Position numbers and translations under genes: made by a program
Part shown: in pieces, positions 49,765 through 60,421 of the stretch
Numbering within the stretch: the first letter of the stretch is position 1
Layout of the letters: the number at the start of each line of letters is the position of its first letter
Source: Mobula hypostoma
Taxonomy: Eukaryota
Assembly (NCBI RefSeq): GCF_963921235.1
Contig: NC_086107.1
Location: 100,442,001-100,506,000 of the forward strand
Reading direction: 5' to 3'
DNA: 64,000 nt
The notes under the pieces: generated by a model
What the model was told of the DNA's origin: nothing
Databases searched by the model: none
Seen by the model: only the letters and a program-made list of their open reading frames with translations

Positions 49765-52700
49765 TTACAGGTTAAGTCTATCAGGCGGTCGAGTCCGTCG
49801 CTGTGATCGACGTAGCACCGGCGGTGATTGCACCGGCGATGGCGGTTGTGCTGGCTCCGGCCTGACTTCAGGTGCCAGCACGTTAGGCGTCGGTAATCCC
49901 TCGTGCGTGTACGTCACGCCCGGTATGGGAGTGTGGTGTGGTGTCTGTATAGGGTTTGGGGTGCACAGTGTCTCGTAGGTACATAAATTGGTGGGTATGG
50001 GGTCAATAGTCACCACGGAGTGTTCAGGGTAGGGGCCCGGAGCTCCTGCGGGCGCCAGGTCGCGGATGGAGACCGTGTCCTCCCGCCCATCAGGTAAAAC
50101 CACGTAGGCATACTGGGGGTTCGCATGAAGTAAGTGAACCCTTTCGACTATCGGCGAGTATTTATTGCTCCTCGCATGTTTCCGGAGCAGCACTGGCCCC
50201 GGGAACGTCAGCCAAAATGGTAGGGTGGTTCCAGTGGTTGATCTTCTGGGAAAAGAAAAGAGCCGCTCATGAGGGGTGGCATTGGTGGCTGTGCATAACA
50301 GGGAGCGGATGGAGTGGAGTGCCTCGGGAAGGACCTCCTGCCAGTGGGAGACCGGCAGTCCCTTTGACCTGAGGGCTAAGAGTGTGGCTTTCCACACTGT
50401 GCCATTCTCCTTCTCTACCTGTCCATTCCCCCGGGGATTATAGCTCGTGGTCCTACTGGTTGCAATTCCCCTAGCCAGTAGATATTGGCGCAGCTCGTCA
50501 CTCATAAACGAGGACCCTCTGTCACTGTGGATATAGCACGGGTATCCGAACAGAGTGAAGAGCTTGCACAGGGCTTTTATAACTGACGTGGTAGTGGTGT
50601 CGGGGCAGGGGATGGCGAAGGGGAACCGCAAGTACTCGTCGATAACGTTAAGAAAGTACACATTGCGGTCGGTGGAGGGAAGGGGGCCCTTAAAGTCAAC
50701 ACTCAGTCGCTCAAAGGGTCGGGTGGCCTTGATGAGTGGTGCCTTTTCGGGTCGGTAGAAGTGCGGTTTGCACTCTGCGCAGACTTGGCAGTCCCTGGTC
50801 ATCATCCTGATCTCCTCAAGGGAGTAAGGCAGGTTCCGGGCTTTCACGAAGTGGAAAAGCCGGGTGACTCCCGGGTGGCAAAGGTCTACATGTAGGTCAT
50901 ATAGCCGGTCGATCTGCGCGCTGGCGCATGTTCCCCGGGATAGGGCATCGGAGGGCTCGTTGAGCTTCCCAGGCCTGTACATGATGTCATAGTTGTAGGT
51001 GGAGAGTTCGATTCTCCACCTCAGAATTTTATCATTTTTGATTTTGCTCCACTGCTGATTATTAAACATGAATGCGACTGAACGCTGGTCAGTTAGCAGG
51101 GTGAACCTTTTGCTGGCAAGATAGTGCCTCCAGTGCCTTATAGCTTCCACTATGGCCCGGGCCTCTTTCTCTACCGCAGAGTGCCGAATTTCAGGGCCTT
51201 GAAGGGTACGGGAGAAGAACGCCACTGGTCTTCCTGCCTGGTTGAGGGTAGCAGCCAGCGCAAAGTCGGAGGCGTCACTCTCTACTTGGAAGGGAATGGC
51301 CTCATCCACCGCATGCATTGCTGCTTTGGCAATGTCCCCTTTTATGCGGTTGAAGGCCGCGTGGGCCTCGGCAGAGAGGGGGAATGTGGTGGACTTGACC
51401 AGGGGGCGGGCCTTGTCTGCATAGTTAGAGATCCATTGGGCGTAATATGAAAAGAAGCCCAGGCACCCTTTGAGGGCTCTGAGGGTATTGGGAAGAGGGA
51501 GTTCCAACAAGGGGCGCATACGGTCGGGGTCAGGGCCAATGACTCCATTCTCCACGACACACCCAAGGATAGCAAGTCGGGTGGTCCCAAATACACACTT
51601 GTCCTTGTTATAGGTGAGGTTGAAAGATTTGGCCGCTTGGAGAAATTTTTGGAGGTTGTTGTCGTGATCCTGCTGGTCGTGACCGCAGATCGTGATGTTA
51701 TCCAGATATGGGAACGTGGCCTTCAGTTGGCACTGGTCCACCATCCGGTCCATTGCCCTCTGGAAGACAGATACACCATTCGTGACACCAAAGGGGACGC
51801 GCAGGAATTGATAAAGCCTGCCGTCCACCTCGAAGGCAGTGTAAGGGCGGTCCTCCCGGCGGATGGGGAGCTGATGGTAAGCGGATTTTAGGTCTATGGT
51901 CGAGTACACCTTGTACTGTGCTATCTGATTGACCATATCCGCGATGCGGGGTAGAGGGTACGCGTCAAGCTGCGTGAACCTATTTAGGGTCTGGCTATAG
52001 TCCACGACCATCCTATTCTTCTCCCCGTTCCGAACAACCACCACCTGCACCCTCCAAGGACTTGTGCTTGCCTCAATGACCCCCTCCCTGAGCAGCCACT
52101 ACACCTCCGACTTAATGAAAGCTCTGTCCCCCGCGCTGTACCTCCTGCTTTTAGTTGCCACGGGTTTACAGTCGGGGGTCAGGTTGGCGAACAGCGGTGG
52201 GGGAGGGATCCTGAGGGTGGAGAGGCCGCAAGTGGTGTCGGTAGTGCGGCAGTTGGCATGATGTTGGGTGGGATGCGCGGGTCAGTGTGTGTGTGTGTGG
52301 TCAGTAGCGGGGTACGTGACATATCTCTACAAAACAGGGGATTTATGACAGTAATTGGCGGGAGGGGCCCATCATACTTCATTGTCACGCTTTTCAGGTG
52401 GCTCTGGAAGTCCGACCCCAACAGCACAGGGGCACACAGTTGAGGCAAGACCAGTAACGTAAAGTCCCGATATTCTGTGCCCTGCACCACTAGTGTCGCT
52501 ACACAACCCCCCCGGATGTCTGTTGTATGCGACCTGGAGGCCATGGTGACCCTCCGACTTACCGGCCGTATCATGAATCCACAATGCTGCACCATGGCCG
52601 GGTGGATAAAACTCTTCGTGCTGCCTGTGTCAAACAGGCAGCTTGTCCTGTGCCCCTCCACCAGGATGTCCATCATTGACCTTGCGAGCTGGTGGGGAGC

Positions 52701-53687
52701 GCTTTGGTCGAGGGTCACGGAAGCCAGGGTGGGGTCGCTGTCTTGGTCCGGCGTGGTGGGGTGCCCCGTGAGCACCCGTTGGTCGTAGGCGGTGGGAGGT
52801 GGCGCCGACCAAGATGGCCGCCCCCATGTCTCGCACGTGGTGGTGGTGTGCAGGAAAGATGGCGGCCCCCATGTCTCGCACGTGGTGGCAGTGTGCAGGG
52901 AAGATGGCGGCCCCCATGTCTCGCACGTGGCGCTGCTCGATCCCGCTCGCGGTTTGGACTTACAGACCTTGGCGAAGTGGCCCTTCTTTCCGCAGCTGGA
53001 GCAGGTAGCTTGTCGGGCCAGGCAGCGTTTCCGGGGGTGCTTCTCCAGTCCGCAGAAGTAGCACTTCGCGGACTCACGACTGGCTGCAGCCGAGGTCGAT
53101 TCGCCGGCAGGTTGCGGGGTCTGCGGCACCCACGAGGCCATCGGAGGATCGCGTGCCTAGAGAGCCTCGGAGTTATGCAGAGCGGCCTCCAACGTATCAG
53201 CCAGCTCCATCACCGAATTTAGGGTAAGAGTGGCTTTTTCCAGCAGCTGCTGGCGTACGTACACTGACCTGGTTCCCGTGACGAAGGCGTCTCTCACTAG
53301 GAGTTCGGCATGCTGCGCCACCGTCAGCTCCTGGCAATTGCAGGCCCGCACAAGTGTCTGTAGGGCCCGGAGAAACTCAGCACTCGATTCTCCGGACCGT
53401 TGTTGCCGTGTCGCTAAGCGATGCCGAGCATAGACGCTGTTTATCGGCCGCAGGTATTGACTTTTGAGTGCGTTCATCGCGCCGTTGTAGTTCGGCTGGT
53501 CTCTCATCAGCGAATAAACCCGTGGACTGACCCTGGAGAGTAGAACCCTGCGCTTCGCTACGGGGTCGGTCGCTTTAATCTCCTCTAGATACACTTCGAA
53601 GCAGGCCAGCCAGAGTTCGAAAGCGTTTCCAGCGTCAGGCATTTGCGGATGGAGGACTAATTTTTCTGGTCTCAGGACCCGTTCCAT
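49765..53687 (-). pseudogene. Gypsy gag-pol polyprotein with two in-frame TAG stops and one frameshift
   Basis: Gag from ATG 53687, TAG at 53159-53157, then the same frame continues to Zn knuckles CYFCGLEKHPRKRC and CSSCGKKGHFAKVC and protease LFDTGS. A -1 frame change occurs near 52300-52250, then TAG at 52101-52099. RT (IDLKSAYHQ, VPFGVTNG, YLDN), RNase H (ESDAS, EKEA, TDQ) and integrase (H-H-CQVC, VDFKGP, HSDRG, VEKEN) follow. Confidence 0.93.
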
Positions 53688-53713
53688 GTATTAAAATGTA
53701 CAGCGAATAAAAT

Positions 53714-53943
53714 TGAAGCACCTTCAATTACTCCAAAAGACTGAGGTTTGGTAAAAATACTGAAAGGCTTTTATTCGCTGTACAATACGACCTCCACAGT
53801 GAGTGTCTGCCCCCGGACTGAGGGGGAGGGGCAAGACGCACACCTTTATACAGGACTCTGTGGGAGGAGCCACAGGGGCAGTCAGCAGAGGGGTGTGTCC
53901 AGACAGGTAACCGAGTTACAACATATATACATGGTTTACCACA
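53714..53943 (-). repeat. Gypsy 5' LTR
   Basis: Sense TGTGG...CTTCA. TATAAA at 53850-53845, Inr-like TCAGTC at 53821-53816, AATAAA at about 53775-53770. Confidence 0.95.
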
Positions 53944-55414
53944 GCTGCATCGGTAAGTTTGCGGCGCTGGAAGCTCATGGCAGGGAGAGTTTTTCTTCCT
54001 TCTACCGTCTGCGTAAGATGATGGGACTTTCGAGAGACTTTGAGACTTTTTTTTACTGTGCCCATGGTCTGTTCTTTATCAAATTACGGTATTGCTTTGC
54101 ACAGTTGTAACTATATGTTATAATTATGTGGTTTTTGTCAGTTTTTTTAGTCTTGGTTTGTCTTGTGTTTCTGTGATATCATACTGGAGGAACATTGTAT
54201 CATTTCTTAATGCATGCATTACTAAATGACAATAAAAGAGGACTGCGTGTCCTCATAATCTAAAACAAAAACTGATCTATATCGCACTGTATTCTTTGCT
54301 GGTCTTCTACGCTATCCACAGCTCCACCAATCTTGGCAACACCCACAAACTTACTAATCCACCCATCTACAATTTCATCCAGGGTCATTTATATACATCA
54401 CAAATAGCAGAGGTCCAAGCACAGATCCCTGCACAACACCACTAATTACAGACCTCCAGCTTGAACAAGTCCCTTCAGCTACTACCCCCTGTCTTCTATG
54501 CGCAAGCCAGTTCTGAATCCAATTCGTCGCGGACCCCATGCATCTTCATCTTCTGTTAAGCCAAAGTGCTCCCGCTCAATCACTAGCACACTCCGTCAAT
54601 GGCCACTCCTTTTTGTTGATGGTTGTGAGTCTGTGAAATTTTGTCTGAATGGTCTCAGCAAACAACTGCAGTGTATTTTGTAAATGTAATCTTTGACAGA
54701 GAAAGTGATTGTACTAGATGGGTTGCTAAACAAGCTGGCAGCTTTGTCTTGAATATTATTGGAGCTGGGCACATCTGAACAAGTGGACAATATTCCATCA
54801 TACTTGTATATTTTAGATAGTGAAACAACTTTGGGACACTTAACACTCTGACCTACTTTTGTAATCACAGTATTTATGTGGCTAGTCCATTTGTATTTCT
54901 GGGCATCGGTGAACCTCAAGATGTTGAATGTGGGGGACTCAGCAATGAAAATGCTATTGATCATCAATAGTAGATAGTTGGACACCCTCACATTGGAGAT
55001 TGTCATTCCCGGCACATGAGGCACCAAGAATTCTTGCCTTTCATTAGGTCATGGTTGAATCTTGTTGCACTGGACTCCTTAGTTTTTTGAGGAGTTGTAA
55101 ATAAAATTGACCATTGTACAGTCATCAGAAAACATACTAATTTCTAACCTCACCTTAAGTGAAAGGAATGGAAATATTTCTTCTCTCATCAAGCTTTCAG
55201 TCATGCAGTCACCTTTCTGATTTGTGTCATAAGTTAAGCTTGCTATCCAGAAAGCTGCTTATGAGGGTTTGGAAAATCAACGCAATAAAGTAATTTATGC
55301 ATATCGGTGTAACCAGGAAACAGACACTCAGTGGACTTTGATGGTTCTAATCAGGTTTGTTTATTGGTGATTTTAGTGCTAAGTTACTCTGGCATGTACA
55401 GTACTATGCAGAAT

Positions 55415-55418
<4 letters not shown>

Positions 55419-55458
<40 letters not shown>
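55419..55458. repeat. (AC)n microsatellite, about 20 units
   Basis: Uninterrupted ACAC run. Confidence 0.95.
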
Positions 55459-55462
<4 letters not shown>

Positions 55463-58368
55463 GCCTAAGACTACTGTAGTATTTTTATGTATTGCACTGT
55501 ACTACTGCCCCAAAAAAAAACAATTTTCATGACATGTGAGTGACGATAAATCTGATTCTGATATGGGTTTTTATTGTAGACTGAGAATGGGAAGGGGGTA
55601 GGGAGATGGGAGTCATGGTTGGGAGAAAGGGAAGGGAGAGGGGAGGGAGTGGGAAGCACCAGGGAGACTTTCTGTAATGATCAATAAAGTAGTTGTTTGG
55701 AATCAAATGACCTTGCCTGGTGTCTCATGGTTGGGTGTACCTGCAACTGCGCCACCTCCTGCCCCTGGCACTCCTTCTCTGCCACCTGTCCCACACCCCT
55801 TCGCACTGCACCATCCTCACCATTCTCAAAATCCTTTGCTCACGCCACATTTACAAACTCACTTTACGTTCCACAGTGACAAATACAGTACAGGTGTCTC
55901 TTGCCTAACCGACACAGTAGGAAATTGTGTTGGTTGATGTCAGGAAATTCTTCTAATTTTTGATTGGAAATTTCATGTTACATTAACTTTTTAAACCAGA
56001 TTATAAGCTGTTCAAATTGGCTCAAAAATATTACAAAACATGATTTGTCTACAGTGATATTTTGATTTTTTTTGACTTGAGAAATGATGGTTTGTATTCA
56101 CAATGCAACCACATTTTTCTAACCCAATTTCCCCTTCACCCTTACTGTGATATCTCCTTATAACCTAAAATACAACCTCAAATACTTGGACATCTTTAGC
56201 TTTGAAGGTCAAAGTAAAGTCTGAACCATGTGGCCTCAGGACTGTATCAGGCCATTGCTGCTAATCCCTGCTATATCTCACAGTCTGCTGTTTGTTGTTA
56301 CAATAGGGAAGACCACAAGTTTCATATGCTTTTCACTCAGTTCACAGGAGCAAGCAGAGCAGTCATGGATGGGTATTTGACTACAGGCTTCTATGAAGAG
56401 CCTCCTCACCACTCTCCATAGAGTTCAGTTCATGCAATAACTTTGGTACTTGGATCCCATTCTGCATCATATTTTTCTTAATCATCACCATTGCACAAAA
56501 TAATGGCTAAAGTATGCCAAAATGCAACAGTTGTATATAAAATCGAATTTCCTTGATATTCTGCTTTCCAATGTTAAAGAAACTGACAAGCCAACTATAT
56601 TCTAATTCCTTATTCTAGTGGCCACATGTGTTCCTGAACAAAGTTTCATATGATGTTTGGTTTGACGGAGTGTCACAGGAGGTATAATCACACCATCACT
56701 CCACACCAGTGCATGAACACCAGAGATTAGCAATTTGTATTAGCAGTTGTAGTAGTTTTTTTTTTAACCACTGTCTGGCCCAAAGGTGGTGTCTTCAGTT
56801 GGTCACCTATTTCACCATTATCACGGAGAGAGTTTACAAAATTAGGAAAGATCCCACCCCCCCCCCCACCGCTTTTGATTTGAGTGAGAGTCTGTCAGTC
56901 CTCGAGTCGGGGGTCTTGGAGAAGCGACAGGGAAGATTGCAACATTGGAACAGTGAGTCGCTGGTCTCTACTCCTGTTGTTGCAGGAACGACCTCTCTCT
57001 CTCCTGTCATTCTTTGGGGTTTCTTGTATCATGGATGTCTGTGAAGAGTAAGAATTTCAGGTTGTATATTGAATAAATTCTCCGATATTAAATTGAACCA
57101 TTCAAACTATTTGATTTGAAATCAAACGAAATCAGCTCTACACAATATCTTTATGAACTATGCTGCTGTGATAAGTGTTGAACTTCCTCAGCAATAAATA
57201 TTTCAAAGATCATTACTTCTTCTGAAGTTGAAACTTTGAGCATGCTCGGCATTACCAGCCACGCCAACTCTGAGGTTCAATTGCTCTGTTGTTAAATCGA
57301 TAATACACTTAGTCACCATTAACTTGCTACTCTGTTTCTATAAACTTTCAGCAAATCAGCTATCACTCTGTTTACCTTGAAATCTTTGCCATCCCGATGT
57401 TAAGTAGTAAAAAGATCTGCCAAAGTCGGGCTCATGATTGTTATCTGGCGCTCAACTGGGTATCACTTTCCAGTTCTGATTAAAGCAAAGTGACCTAAAA
57501 CATTAACTCAGTTTTGTTTTCAACAATGTTATCCAATTGAGTATTTTGAGCATTTTTTGCTTATGCTTCAAATTTTCAACATTTGCAACAGTTTTTCTCT
57601 AAATATATCAGAACACACTGTGATGCCAACTCCAGTTTGGCCAGTTAACTTGTAGGGCAATCCAACCAGTCCCATTCTCCTGTTGTTTTCCGAAAGCTTA
57701 AATTGTTCTTAAACTTCCAAATATTTAGCCAGCTCCAATCAATTCCCCACACGTCTGTTTTCATGTTTTGCCTTCTTGACTTCCCAATTATCTAAAATCT
57801 CATAAACCCTATCTCTTTCTCATCATGCATTCAAACTTGTTGGTTCCCTGAAATTTTGTCATACATCATATTCTTAGATGAGTTCCCTGGACTGTGAGTT
57901 GTTAAGCTTAAGTCACCATGCTTCTAGTTACCAAGTACGCATTTCTGTGCAAGCCATTGTTCTGTAGCTTCTCTTCCACGTTTTATTTAACCAGCCCACT
58001 GGGTTTATTACTTTATCTCTCTCATTATTTACAATGAAATAAACTCTAGAAATGAAATGTTATGCCTGTTAAGATTTACGTATTAATCTAAGTGACAGTG
58101 TATTTGCCATCTGCTCTTTAATGGTTTTTAATTATGAACAAATATACTTTTTCTCTGTCAATATTCTTTATTATTTTTCTCAGCTTCTCCTATACTTTTA
58201 TTTTATGGGTCTAGTCCCACCAATAATGCTCGCTTCAAAGTTTAGGCCATTGACCTTCCTACAAATGTCAGTGTTGCCCCTTTTTAAGTTTTCTGCGGTT
58301 TCCTTTGCTTGTCTTTGTAGTGTTCATATTAACTGAACTGAATTGGATTGGATTAACTTTATTTCTTG

Positions 58369-60421
58369 CATAGAAACATAGAAAATAGGTGCAGGAGTAG
58401 GCCATTCGGCCCTTCGAGCCTGCACCACCATTCAGTATGATAATGGCTGATCATCCAACTCAGAACCCTGTACCTGCCTTCTCTCCATACCCCCTGATCC
58501 CTTTAGCCACAAGAGCCATATCTAACTCTCTCTTAAATATAGCCAATGAACTGGCCTTAACTGTTTCCTGTGGCAGAGAATTCCACAGATTCACCACTCT
58601 CTGTGTGAAAAAGTTTTTCCTCATCTCGGTCCTAAAAGGCTTCCCCTTTATCCTCAAACTGTGACCCCTCGTTCTGGACTTCCCCAACATCAGGAACAAT
58701 CTTCCTGCATCTAGTCTGTCCAATCCCTTTAGAATTTTATACATTTCAATCAGATCCCCCCTCAATCTTCTAAATTCCAGGGAGTATAAGCCTAGTCGAT
58801 CCAGTCTTTGATCGTATGAAAATCCTGCCATCCCAGGAATCAATCTGGTGAACCTTCTTTGTACTCCCTCTATGGCAAGAATGTCTTTCCTCAGATTAGG
58901 GGACCAAAACTACACACAATACTCCAGGTGTGGTCTCACCAAGGCCTTGTACAACTGCAGTAGTACCTCCCTGCTCCTGTACTTGAGTCCTCTTGCTATG
59001 AATGCCAGCATACCATTCGCCTTTTTCACCGCTTGCTGTACCTGCATGCCCACTTTCAATGACTGGTGTATAATGACACCTAGGTCTTGTTGCACCTCCC
59101 CTTTTCCTAATTGGTCACCATTCAGATAATAATCTGTTTTCCTGTTCTTGCCATCAAAGTGGATAACCTTACATTTATCCACATTAAATTGCATCTGCCA
59201 TGAATTTTCCCCCTCACCTAACCTATCCAAGTCACCCTGCATCCTCTTGGCATCCTCCTCACAGCTAACACTGCCGCCCAGCTTCGTGTCATCTGCAAAC
59301 TTGGAGATACTGCATTTAATTCCCTCGCCTAAGTTATTAATATATATTGTAAACAACTGGGGTCCCAGCACTGAGCCTTGGGGTACCCCACTAGTCACTG
59401 CCTGCCATTCTGAAAAGGTCCCGTTTATTCCCACTCTTTGCTTCCTGTCTGCCGACCAATTCTCTATCCACATCAATACCATACCCCCAATACCATGTGC
59501 TTTAAGTTTGCACATTAATCTCCTGTGTGGGACCTTGTCAAAAGCCTTTTGAAAATCCATATATACCACATCCACTGGTTCTCCCCATCCACCCTACTAG
59601 TTACATCCTCAAAAAATTCTATGAGATTCGTCAGACATGATTTTCCTTTCAGAAATCCATGCTGACTTTGTCCGATGATTTCACCGCTTTCCAAATGTGC
59701 TGTTATCACATCTTTGATAACTGACTCTAGCATTTTCCCCACCACTGATGTCAGGCTTACCGGTCTATAATTCCCCGGTTTCTCTCTCCCTCCTTTTTTA
59801 AAAAGCGGGGTTACATTAGCCACCCTCCAATCCTCAGGAACTAATCCAGAATCTAAAGAGTTTTGAACAATTATCACTAATGCATCCACTATTTCTTGGG
59901 CTACTTCCTTAAGCACTCTGGGATGCAGACCATCTGGCCCTGGGGATTTATCTGCCTTTAGTCCCTTCAATTTACCAACATCACTTCCCTACTAACATGT
60001 ATTTCCCTCAGTTCCTCCATCTCACTAGACCCTCAGTCCCCTACTATTTCCGGAAGATTATTTATGTCCTCCTTAGTGAAGACAGAACCAAAGTAGTTAT
60101 TCAATTGGTCTGCCATGTCCTTGTTCCCCATAATCAATTCACCTGTTTCTGACTGTAAGGGACCTACATTTGTCTTAACCAATCTTTTTCTTTTCACATA
60201 TCTATAAAAGCTTTTACAGTCAGTTTTTATGTTCCCTGCCAGCTTTCTCTCATAATCTTTTTTCCCTTTCCTAATTAAGCCCTTTGTTCTCCTCTGCTGG
60301 ACTCTGAATTTCTCTCAGTCCTCAGGTGTGCCGCTTTTTCTGGCTAATTTGTATGTTTCTTCTTTAGAATTGATACTATCCGTAATTTCCCTTGTCAGCC
60401 ACGGGTGCACTACCTTTCCTG
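58369..60421 (-). mobile_element. CR1 LINE, about 2-kb 3' part with RT domain, frameshifted
   Basis: KSPGPDGLHPRVLKE, NYRPVSLTSVVGK, DFQKAFDKVPH, SGVPQGSVLGP, SKFADDTK, RPHLEYCV. It interrupts a Rex1-type 3' end (58331-58368 and 60422-60620) homologous to 2370-2590. Confidence 0.93.

Larger units (their letters stand above)
49465..53943 (-). mobile_element. Full-length Ty3/Gypsy LTR retrotransposon (4479 bp), coding region disabled
   Basis: 230-bp LTRs (TG...CA) differing at 1 position; 5-bp TSD GCTGC (49460-49464 and 53944-53948); polypurine tract next to the 3' LTR; domain order gag-PR-RT-RH-IN. Confidence 0.97.
49104..54270 (+). mobile_element. Unclassified retroposon, copy C (49104-49464 joined to 53944-54270), interrupted by the Gypsy element
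   Basis: Removing the Gypsy and one GCTGC restores GGATGCTGCATCGGTAAGTT, matching GGATGCTGCATTGGCAAGTT in copy A. Confidence 0.85.
48205..54545 (-). mobile_element. CR1 fragment split at about 49103/54271 by retroposon copy C, which is itself split by the Gypsy element
   Basis: MEFNPDKYELVHLG...QRDLGIQVHSSLKVATQV...AYGML on the left. The sequence resumes at about 54271 (CTGATCTATATC...GGGATCTGTGCTTGGACC on minus). Confidence 0.8.

Noticed and set aside
49499..49978. Plus-strand ORFs starting in the LTRs (also 53748-54110)
   Set aside because: They are antisense to the element, begin at a non-ATG codon, and share sequence only because the LTRs are duplicated.
53157..53159. Programmed stop-codon readthrough in gag
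   Set aside because: The TAG lies before the Zn knuckles rather than at the gag-pol boundary, and the element has other lesions. A CAG>TAG mutation is the simpler explanation, though unproven.
56230..56421. 63-aa ORF in apparently unique sequence
   Set aside because: Non-ATG start, no recognisable homology and no convincing splice signals.
57374..57450. Possible minus-strand exon ending TTCAAG|gtaaac
   Set aside because: Stops occur in all frames from the best acceptor, the peptide is unrecognised, and no partner exons were found.
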